Assembly: GCF_964213995.1 (NCBI RefSeq)
Contig: NC_135808.1
Span: forward strand, 63,488,001-63,552,000
Reading direction: 5' to 3'
Source: Mustelus asterias
Taxonomy: Eukaryota
Length of the DNA stretch: 64,000 bases
The notes under the pieces are model-generated. The model was not told the origin of the DNA. It saw only the letters and a program-made list of their open reading frames with translations, and made no database searches. The position numbers and the translations under genes are program-made. Every line of letters begins with the position of its first letter. Within the stretch, counting starts at the first letter, position 1. This document shows, in pieces, positions 25,501 to 36,800 of this stretch.

Positions 25501-26304
25501 ACAAAGACAAGTATAAAATTAATATCAAGCGGAAAATTATAATCAAATGCAGAAAATTCTGCAAGTTCTCAGCTGTTCAGGTGGACAGAGGGGGATCGAG
25601 TTAACATTTCAGGTCAATGACCTTCATCCTTCCTCGGCTACAAGGTCTGATTGCTGTTTGGCATGTCCCAGGGTCAATTAGTGGTTAATTACTTGGATTT
25701 AGTTGCTGACTTGCAACTTGAGTATACTCCCCATCATTTTTGCTGCAACCAGCAGGAAGTTATAATCTTTCTACACCACTATTTGTATGTTTGGTGCGAT
25801 ATACGCAGACACACTCTCGGAGTGTCACACTTGCTCCTGGAGTATATTCTGTGCTCTTGCTTGGCCTCAGTCTTTCACATTAATTGATAGAGGACTATTG
25901 ATTCCTCGTTGGGAATCATTGCCTGCCTTTGCGAAACTCGGCTGTGTTTTAGTAAAGGTCAGTCAAGGGAAATTGCCGACATGACATCAAAGAATGTGGG
26001 ACAGCTTGTAGCCTGACTGAAGTGCATGAAAGCTAAACACAATAATAACCCACAGCAACAGCTCTGCTAATTGAAATCATCTGTGCCATAATATCTGAAA
26101 CAAAGCAACATTAAAGCCAGAGATTAAAAAGGCAAGATAGCCCAGACAATCACTGTAGCAAACATGCAGGCACAGACCGATTACTTCTCATTCCGGATGT
26201 GTCTTATCGAAATGTTGTTTGCTCTGTTGATTATAGTAGGCCTGAAGCCTAGCGTTAAAGAGGATTGTCCTGACAGTTATATTTGTTGTTTTCTGCTTGT
26301 TATT

Positions 26305-26476
26305 GAATCAAAGAATCCCTACAGTGCAGAAGGGGGCCATTTGGCCCTTCGAGTCTGCACTGACCACAATCCCACCCAGGCCCTATCCCCATAACCCCAT
26401 CCATTTACCCTAGCTAGTCCCCCTGACACTAAGGGGCAATTTAGCATGGCCAATCCACCTAACCAACACATCTTTG
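26305..26476 (-). mobile_element. HE1-type SINE, 5'-truncated
   Basis: 3' half only. Confidence 0.85.
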
Positions 26477-26563
26477 TCAGCAAGACAATCAAGCAATTCA
26501 TCATTAACCTGGGTAAAATTCATTAACCATCGTGGTATTGATCATAGCATGTCTAACAATTAT

Positions 26564-27008
26564 TTCCATAGATTATGGTGTACGGTCGACCCAGCATAAA
26601 AGATGACCTCTCGTTCCCTGGAGTCAAAATGCATGTTTAGGCCTATAACACAGCATAGGCCAACCCCCATTTTTCAGCTAACAAATGCATGGTTAGAATT
26701 TTACTCCCAATAGGAATCAACTTCAGTTTCTCAGCTTAGAAATACGTGTTTAGGATTATACACACCATATAAATCAATACCTTGGATCAAGCAGTCTGCT
26801 TGCCAAGATGTTGTGTGGGAGTTTAAGACATGCCCTCACAGAGCAGACTGTGTATGGCAAACGACAAACATAAATTTTAACACATCTCAAAATAGCGACC
26901 ACCTACACCGACACCAGTCGTTAACATTTTAAATGTAAGTTGACCCTTATTTTTGGAGGGATTTTTCTGAAGCTTCAACAGTCGAATTATGTGTCACAAT
27001 CTACGGTA
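26564..27008. mobile_element. Old non-autonomous Tc2/pogo-like DNA transposon remnant
   Basis: Degenerate TIRs TTCCATAGATT..GTCGACC and GTCGAA..AATCTACGGTA, with internal repeated GTCGACCC-like motifs. Confidence 0.4.
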
Positions 27009-27313
27009 GTTAGTCAGTGCAATTATCAGTTCCCCAAGAGAGAAGAGTGTTTCATTTTTAAAAAACCTGGTAATAATTAAGTCCCGTGGAGACTTCTTGT
27101 ATTGAGTCTGTTACCCGGAAACCCTTTACTGAAATATCTCAGAAACCTAATCTTACGTCCAGCTCCCCTGAGCTGAATAAGAAGCTTCTGGAACGCAACT
27201 TAAAAGCTCAGTGTTATTTGATTTGAAATCCAGGCAGGCACTCACCTTTAAATTATGCTCCAACTACAGCTCCTTTACTGGAGGAGATGCTGATCCTGAG
27301 CTCAGTGATTGGT

Positions 27314-27425
27314 TACCAGAGCTAGGCCTGTCACCAGAGCTAGGCCTGTCACCAGAGCTAGGCCTGTCACCAGAGCTAGGCCTGTCACCAGAGCTAGGCC
27401 TGTCACCAGAGCTAGGCCTGTCACC
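27314..27425 (+). repeat. Minisatellite, 18-bp unit TCACCAGAGCTAGGCCTG x~6
   Basis: Direct inspection; the units are perfect. Confidence 0.95.
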
Positions 27426-27699
27426 TATCCAGTCATCTGAGGAGGTCAATCATGAATCTGATCTTTGTTTCGGGGAAATGTGTCCACTTCCAGAGAACAT
27501 TTTCCCATGATTTGCTAGTTCCTGAACTTTCTGATTCTGTGTGACGTTCTGAATTCCTATACCCACATTGCTCGACTCAAAATGTACCCAAAATCCAATC
27601 CTTCAAAATAAAATTGACCCCAATAACCTGCGTTTTGTACATCACCGTCAATACAGAAAGCTGTCCAAGCTTCTTTCCAGGGTCATGTTCAGGCCCAAA

Positions 27700-27985
27700 T
27701 GGACACTGAGCTAAAGGAGATGTTAGGAAAGGTGACCAAATATTTGGCCAAAAAGCTTGGTTTTTAAGGAGACTCTTTAAAAGAGAAGGGTAGGTGGCAA
27801 GGTTTTAAGGAATCTGTGCCAGAGATTATGGCTTAGACAGATGAAGGAATGGTCATCAATTGTGATGTGAAGGAAGGGCAGAATTGGAGAGGTGCAGGGA
27901 TTTTAGTGGCTCATGGTCTGGGTTAGGCAAGGGCCACAAAGAGATTTAAACACAAGAATAAGGATTTTATATTGGAGCAGTCTTG
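27700..27985 (-). mobile_element. L2-type LINE 3' remnant
   Basis: Minus strand encodes QYKILILVFKSL.G, an L2 C-terminal motif. Confidence 0.5.
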
Positions 27986-28405
27986 AGAATATGGCTTTAT
28001 GGGACTGATCTTTCGCAACCACCAAACGTTTCGAAGTGCTTTGTAGCCAATGAAGAACTTTTGAGGTGTAGTTTCTCACGTTCAACAAAGTCAACAAACA
28101 GCAATGTGATAATGACTGAGTAGTCTGTTTCTGTGATGTTGGTTGAGGGATAAATATTAGCCAGGTACTCGGGGGTAACTCTCCTGCTTTTCTTCAAAAT
28201 GGTACCGTGGGATCTTTTACATCGAACCCAGGCAGGCCAATGAGGCCTCAGCTTAACATCTCATCCAAAAGACAGCACCTCCAACAGTGCAGCACTCCCT
28301 CAGTACTGGAGTGTCAGCCTTAACTTTTGAACTCAAGTTAACCTTGAGTGGGACTTGGAACCCAGACTTGTGATGTTGAGACAATGTGCTGCCAACTGAG
28401 ATATG
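27985..28405 (-). mobile_element. Deu-domain SINE, near full length
   Basis: tRNA-like head (GGGACTTGAACCC-like on +) through the Deu domain (GTTGAGGGATAAATATT.GCCAGG) to the tail. Confidence 0.7.
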
Positions 28406-28539
28406 TGTTTTGAGAGATTAGGCATTGCCAGAGTTAAAGCTTTTCTCTAAAGCTACCGTCCTGCAATAATACACTGCCTTGGACTGTTTGTTGACTTGCG
28501 GTTGGTGTAGTTTCACATTCTCATTGCCTTGTTATTGTT

Positions 28540-28812
28540 TAGTTTATTTATTAATGTCACAAGTAGGCTTACATTAATACTGTGAAAATCCCCTAGTCGC
28601 CACACTCCCTCGGGTACACTGAGGGAAAATGGCCAATGCACCTAACCAGCACGACTTTTGGACTGTGGGAGGAAACCAGAGCACCCAGAGGAAACCCATG
28701 CAGACACGGGGAGAATGTGCAAACTCCGCACAGACAGTGACCCAAGCCGGGAATTGAACCCGGGTCCCTGGCGCTGTGAGGCAGCAGTCCAACCACTGTG
28801 CCACCGTGCGGC
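28540..28812 (-). mobile_element. HE1-headed SINE with alternative 3' tail
   Basis: Same head and core as HE1, but the tail reads GTGTGGCGACTAGGGGATTTTCACAGT..TGTAAGCCTACTTGTGACA.TAATAAA. Confidence 0.85.
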
Positions 28813-30244
28813 CCGTTTTGCCAGGTAGAAGGGAAAAAGAATGAGTAAAACCAAAAGCTTTATCTCTTACCGTTGGCTATATACGTGGGAATTTTGTAAT
28901 TTGTGGAAGTATTGTTAAATATAAATCCCTTTTTGTTATTTTCAGCAATAAGCTTTGCTGAATTACAGTTTAATATTAATATTGTTGGTCAGTTTTGTTA
29001 CTTCAGAATATTGCTCATCTGTTAGAATTACGGAAAAAAATATGGTAGAATCGAGATTCCATTTACAGTTAGAATAATAGTGCCCTCAAGTGCCCTGTCA
29101 TCAGCCGTAGACAAACACATCAATTGTTCGTGCTAAAGCTAAAATCCAGGTAAGGAAGGCCTCTGTGTGGCTGTCGGCCATACATATGATACGAACATAC
29201 TTGATTCTCTTTTAATTATGTTTTATAACTACCCCGATTATATTTTGTGTAAAGCTTGTGATGCCATTATCACAATATGATGGTACAATGCCAACAGCCT
29301 CTTATAGTCTTTAATCTCAATCTAACTTCAGTGCTGCCCTGAACCCATAATTAACATTTCTTTAATCTCATCGAGACTATGGTATGGAAATATCAATAGC
29401 AACAGGTATAATTTTGCCCTTGTTGTTTTGAGGTCTGCAAACAAGTTCAGCTTTGATTTTCGTGGTTTATCCTGTGATTACTTTGAGGGGCCACGAGATC
29501 AGAAACATCAGTGCCGTTTGGTGTATGTACTGGAGCCACTAAAGTTCTGAAGGTGAAAGGTTTAGCATGGATTCACAATATGCCGTCACACAGCATGGTG
29601 GTGTTGAATGACCATGTTGCTAATGTCAGGAATTTCTGCCCTGCAAACCAGGAATTCTCCATTACCTTGTCTAATTAATAGCAGTTCTGGGAAATGGCTG
29701 CGGAACACACAGTCGCAAAATTCTAAGTTTCCTCTAGAGATTGTATTCCCCCTTTCACAGGAAAGTGTTGCAGTTTTAGGTAAGTGTGCGGTTGTAAGTC
29801 ATTTCTCAGGCTGCTCTATGGGCCACAGTGTGGTCTGGTGGACACGTGAGCAGTCTTGTTGCCATAGGGGATGTGGTCTAACAGAGCACCTTCTCCAGGA
29901 TATCTCTGATGTGAGCAGGAAAAGCAAAAGGGCGACTCTTCAGACAACCGGATTAAAGAATTCTGAGGCACGCAAGGTGGGATCTTCCGCTCCCGCCAAA
30001 GGCGTGCCTCCCCTTCACCCAATCAGAAGGCTGGCAGCGTAGCAGCGTCACCACGAGCACTGGCCATTGCAATGGCTACACTCGGACGGTGAGGGCACAT
30101 TGTTAATTGTACACCTCAACATCAGGAATATGCAGTCTTGGGGTTCCTGGGCAAGGCAAGTGGGTCCGGGCTTTGTTGGGTGGGGTGGGGTGGGGCCAGG
30201 TGGCCTGTTGCTGCATGGGCGGCCATTGCTGCAGGCGATGCTTC

Positions 30245-31776
30245 TATGGACCATGGAGTGCCTAAATGCCCAAAAGAGAGGTCCTTGAATCAAAAACCTC
30301 CTGACCCAAGACCCAATAAGGTTTACCTGGTGGCCTCTCCACACGATTGGCACTTCTGACATGGGTAAAATGCCAGCGGAGGTGGGTACACGTCCTTAAT
30401 TGGCTGATTACATGGCTCAAGTGGGCTCTTGGTTAATGTCTACTATATTTCCCACTGCTGAAAGGGCATGATGGTTGGAAGATTTAGGCACCCCCCCACC
30501 CCCCCTCCCGCAATCCCAAAGTATTCCCTTGCCATTTTGCCAGCTTTCCCACTTCTCAGCCTATCCCCAAAGGGCTGGTGAAATTCATCCCCATGTGTCT
30601 CTCTTACAGCAGTACTTCCTTTCCATTAAGGACATGATTGGAGACACAAAATCTTGGGCAGTAATCCAAGTATATGTTGCCATTGGCGATATCATTAAGT
30701 AAGAAGTCTCACAACATCAGGTTGCCATCGTCGTGGGGGATGCTGGTGTAGAGTGCCGAGACATCCATTGTGACGAGGAGTGCTCCTGGTTCAACTGCTC
30801 CATGTGTGCTGAGTTTCTGTAGGAAGTCTGTAGTGTCGCGACAAAAGCTGGGGGTTCTTTGTACAATGGGTTTCAGGATGCCCTCGACGTAGCCAGAGAG
30901 GTTCTCGCTCAGGGTCCCATTGCCCGATACGATGGGACGGCCGGGTGTGTTTGCCTTGTGTATCGGTCACGGGCATTTGGCCTCTGATCTTCGGCCTTCA
31001 CAACACATGACAACGCAGAGTCGCTGAGCAGAGACTGATAGCCAAGTTCCGCACACATGAGGATGGCCTCAACCGGGATCTTGGGTTCATGTCACACTAT
31101 CTGTAACCCCCAAGACTTGCCTGGGCTTGCAAAATCTCACTAACTGTCCTGTCTGGAGACAATACACACCTCTTTAACATGTGCTTAACGCTCTCTCCAC
31201 CCACATTGTCTGTATCTTTAAGACTTGATTACCTGTAAAGATTTGCATTCCAACCATTATTTTGTAAGTTGAGTTTGTGTCTTTATATGCCCTGTTTGTG
31301 AGCAGAACTCCCACTCACCTGAAGGAGCAGCGAGCGCTCCGAAAGCTAGTGGCTTTTGCTACCAAATAAACCTGTTGAACTTTAACCTGGTGTTGTGAGA
31401 CTTCTTACTGTGTTTACCCCAGTCCAACGCCGGCATCTCCACATCATGGATATCATTAAGTGACAGAATACAACACAAACAACAGCAACTAAACTGTCTG
31501 TCACCCACAGTTTTACATCCTTTGTAAAACACAGGAACAGCTCCTAAAGCAACTTCCTGAACAACACTGTGCACTCCTGAGATTTGAGTAAATAATCTAG
31601 GCTGGCACATCAGTTCAGTAGTGAGGGAGTGCTGCACTGTCAGCACTACTATCGAATTAGATGTTAAACTGAGGCTCCATCAGCTCCCTCTGGTTGCCGC
31701 CAATGTTCTTGTGTTACTATTTCATAGTAGAGCATTGGAGTCCTCCCTGTGTCCTGGCCAATATTTATCCCTCAAT
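30245..31776 (-). repeat. Inverted duplicate of 19392-~20165 (PLE inserted in this copy)
   Basis: Reverse-complement match over the SINE and its flank. ORF-track peptides 19523(+) and 31646(-) are near identical, as are 20032(-) and 30475(+). Confidence 0.9.
30699..31445 (+). mobile_element. Rearranged Penelope-like element: inverted end + inverted RT fragment + endonuclease C-terminus + 3'UTR/HHR + tail
   Basis: 30724-30963(-) is open: IHKANTPGRPIVSGNGTLSENLSGYVEGILKPIV..RDTTDFL..LLVTMDVSALYTSIPHDDG (PLE RT). 30965-31106(+) reads ..RRVAEQRLIAKFRTHEDGLNRDLGFMSHYL-stop (GIY-YIG C-terminus). TSD GATATCATTAAGT at 30688-30700 and 31449-31461. Confidence 0.92.
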
Positions 31777-32292
31777 GTGGAGATGAAGTCCTGTCGAGCG
31801 AAGCCCACATCCCACAAATACACAGAAAAAATAATAATTGGAAGTTATTTTACCTTCTTCTGAATTCCCTGTTGGATTTATTTGTGACTATTTTATATTT
31901 CTGGTCTCCCCAAATGTGCGAGCATCTTCTCTATGCCTACCCAGTTCCAGGCGCAAAGACCAATAAAATTTATTCATAAATGGATTGTATCAGAATATGG
32001 TGCCACTTGGGAGGTTGGATATATTTCCAAATTGGGACGGGAGATTGGGTAGCAGCACACAAATGGCAATGTAACATAAACGACGGGACATTCATCAACA
32101 TATTACTGTCGCTCTTACTGCCATGTCTGAACCAAACAGACATTAAAGAGGCTGAAACTTAAATGAATTTGATAAATTATGAATTCACAGTGGAACGTAA
32201 GGTTCATTCGCAGTGACTTTACTGACATTTACAACAGTGGTTTCATTTATTTTAGAAATGTTTTTCAAGCTGATTCTGTAACAATTGTCACT

Positions 32293-32519
32293 ATTGCTGA
32301 AACAAGACATTTTTATCGAAGCTTTTCATCTTGCATTCATCAGCATTTTGCAAGGATACAATGTAAGGGAAATCAATACATTTCTACAGTATGAGAAGGG
32401 AGTGCTCTCTTCTTGTAGAGTATAAATTTGTCAATTTCCCTTGGAATATATTATTGCCAATGTCCTGGTGAGTGCAAGATGAAAAGCTTCGACAAAAAAA
32501 GTTGCTATTTTTCAGCAGT
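32293..32519. mobile_element. Old PLE-like inverted element (family 2) with two HHR-like cores
   Basis: Arms ~32293-32345 and ~32463-32519. The + copy reads TGTC-CTGGTGA-GTGCAAGAT-GAAA-AGCTTC-GACA; the - copy reads CTGATGA-ATGCAAGAT-GAAA-AGCTTC. Confidence 0.65.
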
Positions 32520-32825
32520 GTCGATATATTTGAGAACCATATCACTATTATTTGTGAATTCCTTTGAATTTGTTTTCCCTGGCCAGCTCAATTTCCGGGG
32601 TTGAATCTGAGTGCCCTGCCCCACTTGGTGTGAACAGGGTGGTAAGGCCCTAAAAATAGAGCTGCTGGCCTCACTGTCCCATTAACAACAGTGACTCAGA
32701 TAGCTGCAATTTTGTGAAAGATCCACTTCCAGGTGATCACGGCCCTGATTTTGGCAACAGGCATCATTTATTACGGAAATCGGGCAACAATACTGTGATT
32801 AGGATCCTAATCGAGAGCGGAATGG

Positions 32826-33210
32826 GTTGAAGGGAGAACCTCATCGAGGTGTACAAAATTATGAGGGATACAGATAAGGTAGGTAGGAAGAAAATGTTCC
32901 CCTTAGTAGAGGGTCAGTAACCAAGGGGCATAGATTTAAGGTAAGGGGCAGGAGATTTAGAGGGGCTTTGAAGAAAACCCTTTTCACCCAGAATGGATGG
33001 GAATCTGGAATTCATTGGCTGAAAGGGTGGGAGAGGCGGGAACACTCACAGCATTTTAAGAAGTATTTAGATGAGCACTTGAAACGCCACAGCAAACAAG
33101 GCTACGGACCAAGTGCTGGATAATGGGATTAAGATTAGATACGTGCTTGATGGCCAGCACAGACACGATGGGATGAAAGGCCTCTTTCCGCGCTGTAAAA
33201 CTCTATGACT
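32826..33210 (+). mobile_element. CR1-type LINE 3' end
   Basis: LIEVYKIMRD.DKV.RKKMFPLV..RGHRFKV and a tail ending CTCTATGAC. Confidence 0.85.
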
Positions 33211-34818
33211 ATTGGAGTTGCCAGAATGCCAGTGAGTTTCACAAGTAATGGAATGGAAGAGTCTCCTGAAAGATAAATTTGGATTTATGTGTGAAATTTG
33301 TGAATATTGGCGGGGCCCGTGGAAATATGGTGGCCATTGCTGCCTCGGACCACCCCTTGCTGCAATTGTGATCTCCCCCTGCTGTGACTTACATTCCCAA
33401 AAGTTACTGGCCGTTCTGGTCCCATTTTCAGGCACCAGTCGGGCGAGATGCATCAGGACGATTGTTTGGCCCTCTGCCCCTTGCCTCTTGAGTGAAAGTG
33501 GAGTTTTGAAAGCCCAGGAAGTCCACAAACGCACTCACCTGTCCAATTCCCGACATGCAGCAGTCTCTTCTGTGCTCTGCCCTCCTGCTACCATGTGTGA
33601 GTTCGGGCAGTGTGCATCAACAGGCAACTTGACCCCTGGGGCATCACTGCAGAGCCCCATCCTGACCTTAAGCAGGATTCACTCGAGTACTTTGAGGCCG
33701 GGTTCTCTGGAATAGTGATTGGAATTAGGAACACAGACTGCTTTCCCACTCCCCAGTGTTCTCCAACTCCCCAATTACCCCCTGGTTGAAGTCAGCTAAC
33801 TGAATTGAGAGGTGGTGTCAGTGGAAGTGACCATGAAGCTGTTGGATTGTTGCAAAATCTCACCCAAATCACCTCCTGAGAAGAAAGTCTTCCATCCTTA
33901 CCCAGTCTTGCCTATATGTGACTCTCAGTTCCACACCAAGGTGGCTGATTCCTAACCACAATCCTGGACAGCTAGCGATGGACAATGAATGCCAGCTTTG
34001 CCAGCAATGTTCCCATCCTGAGAATGAAAATAAAGGTGTGTATAGTAACTTTAGGAGTCAGCCGTAAAGGAATAGTGCTTTGTTGCACAAAATAAAGTAA
34101 AACCACAAGCCTATGGTGAACACAAACAGGTCCCAACCTGTCCAATACAATAATGGACCTACTCAAGGGCCTGCTTTATAAAGGGCTCAACATAGAATCT
34201 CACCTGGTAAGCTAATTACCAATCACTAGTTAGCTTGTATTTTACAAGTCCTACAAGGAGGTCAATCAATGATTCTCTATGCAAGGCCTGGGGGTTATCA
34301 CAGTGTGATAAAATCTTACAGCACAGAAACCATTCAGTCCATCATGCCTTGTACTGGTTCCCTAGAAGAGCTTTTAGAATAGTCCCATTCCTTCCACGTA
34401 GCCCCACGTTAAATGTGGGAATTTCTTTGCCTATTCAAAGTGATGTAGGAATAATCTGAGGGAATGTCAATATTTCTCTTCTCTCTGAAACAATTCCTTT
34501 GGCATCAGATTATCAATTCAATAGTATTCAACATGAGGCATTACAGGACAAGAAACCTGTCAGAATGAACTGTATTTAAAATGGGGCTGGTGATAGTATC
34601 TGTCAAAGTAATATTATAAATTATTCTCTTCCCTAAGCAACGGTCCAACACTGAGCAGATTTATAAACTGCCCTCCTTTTGATTAGTGCTGACAGAAAAG
34701 CAACATTTTTTTTGCATTTGAAGTAAAACCAATTTGTTTTTATAACCTCCTGACTTTAAATGCTAATTTAATTCAGCTTGGTTTACTGATGACAATTTTA
34801 TCTGTGTCTTTTCCATAG

Positions 34819-34929
34819 GGTTGCCACAGACCACAACATTGACAATACAACAGCAATACTGCGGGAATGGTTAAAGAATGTTCAGAAGTCCTACCACTAT
34901 GTGGAGTGGAGGCCCCTGGATGATCCCAA
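34819..34929 (+). CDS. COLGALT2: Procollagen galactosyltransferase 2, internal coding exon (probably exon 2, 111 bp)
   Basis: Acceptor ttttccatAG at 34817-18 and donor GTGAGT at 34930. Translates (W)[36 protein letters not shown](K), matching the COLGALT N-terminal GT domain. [16 protein letters not shown] is COLGALT2-type. Missed by the ORF track. Confidence 0.95.
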
Positions 34930-35202
34930 GTGAGTAATCTCCATTGCACAACCATCTCAATCAATTCTTGTTTGAATCTTCGAAGACTTTCAAAGTCTTC
35001 GAAGATGACTTTCAAATATTTTCACGGAAACCTTGCTCAGCCAAGCATTGCTGCAATTGGTGTAGGAACATGCACTTTGAAAGTAGAATTAGAGCAATTA
35101 AAGGGACATTGCTTTCACCCAATAAAGAGTTGGGGTGGGGGAGCGAGGGTACCTTGTTTTAATACACTGGAGTAGATCAGATCAGCACTGTGCCATGAAC
35201 AC

Positions 35203-35592
35203 GCAGGTGGCACAGTGGCACAGTGGTTAGCACTGCTGCCTCATAGCCCCAGGGACCTGGGTTCGATTCCCAGCCTGGGCTACTGTCTGTGTGGAGTTTG
35301 CACATTCTCTCTGTGTCTGCGTGGCTTTCCTCCGGGTGCTCCAGTTTCCTCCCACAGTCTGAAAGGCATGCTGATTAAGTGCATTGGCCATGCTAACTTC
35401 TCCCTCAAAGGTGTGCAGGTTAGGTTGATTGGCCATGCTAAATTGCCCTTTAGTGTCTTGGAATGTGTACGTTAGAGGGATCAGTAGGGTAAATATGTGG
35501 GGTTTTGGGGATAGGTCCTGGGTGGGATTGCTGCCGGTGCAGACTCAATGGGCCAAATGGCCTCCTTCTGCACTGTCGGGATTCTATGATTC
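35203..35592 (+). mobile_element. Chimeric HE1-type SINE
   Basis: Variant-subfamily middle segment (35360-35406), followed by a second, canonical middle segment and tail. Confidence 0.85.
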
Positions 35593-36065
35593 ACTGTTAT
35601 GACAAAAGTGGCCTTTTTCAGTCTCTTTTCCTTTTCAAATATTGATCAGGAATGTGCCAAACATTTTCTCTTTAATGAAGGCAAAGTATGTTTCAAATTT
35701 ATCGTGCCAATCACCAATATAACTTTGATTTTTTTCTAGAATACGCAGTTAATTTGCTTAAGGGCATGGCCTCTTTAAATTTGTTTGCATGACCCAGCAT
35801 GCAAGGTAATTTAAAGGGGCCAACTTTTGCATAGTGACTCTTAGGGTTGCTGCATTACTGCACAGCTTAGAGGGAACATTCCCAGAAATGGGTGCCCCTG
35901 AGCTGCGAAGATGTGAGTAATACTTGACTCATTTCGAAATCCAAGCTACCTTGATTTGCACACCAAAGATGAACACAAGGGAGGGATGGGTGCAATCTTT
36001 ATTAAGAATATATGGTAAGGGGTAAACTCAACAGTCAGATCTAGTGAGAGTCAGCACAAAACCAT

Positions 36066-36355
36066 AATGGTTAGCACTGCTGTCTCACAGTGCCAGGGAC
36101 CCGGGTTCGATTCCTGGCTTGGGTCACTGTCTGTGTGGAGTTTGCCCGTTCTCCTTGTGTCTGCATGGGTTTCCTCCGGATGCTCCGGTTTCCTCACACA
36201 GTCTGAAAGACGTGCTGATTAAGTGCATTGGCCATGCTAACTTCTCCCTCAGTGTATCCGAAGAGGCACCAGAGTGTGGCAACAAGGGGATTTTTCCCAG
36301 TAACTCCATTGCAGTGTTAATGTAAGAATTCTTGTGACACTAATAAATAAACTTT
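36066..36355 (+). mobile_element. HE1-headed SINE with alternative 3' tail
   Basis: Tail GGGGATTTTTCCCAGTAACTCCATTGCAGTGTTAATGTAAG..TTGTGACACTAATAAATAAAC. Confidence 0.85.
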
Positions 36356-36483
36356 AAAAGGCCAAGATAAGTATTTTTATTTAAATTTTTTGTGGAATCT
36401 TCATGTGTCAGGAGGGACAGGGCCTAATCGGGTAATAAAACTATCAGGCCCAGCATGGAGGAGATTCCAGGCTATTCTTCAAA

Positions 36484-36800
36484 GGCAGCACGGTTGCACA
36501 GTGGTTAGCACTGCTGTCTCACAGCACCAGCGACCCGGGTTCAATTCCGGCCTCGGGTGACTGTGTGGAGTTTGCACATTCTCCCCATGTCTGCATGGGT
36601 TTCCTCCAGGTGCTCTGATTTCCTCCCACAGTCCAAAAATGTGCAGGTTAGGGGGATTGGCCATTCCAAATTGCCCCTTAGTGTCAGGGAGATTAGCAGG
36701 GTAAATACGTGGGGTTACGGGACTAGGGCCTGGGTGGGATAGTTGTTGATGCAGGCCTGATGGGCCAAATGGCCTCTTTCTGCACTGTAGGGATTCTAGG
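36484..36800 (+). mobile_element. HE1-type SINE
   Basis: A/B boxes, core and tail. Confidence 0.9.
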
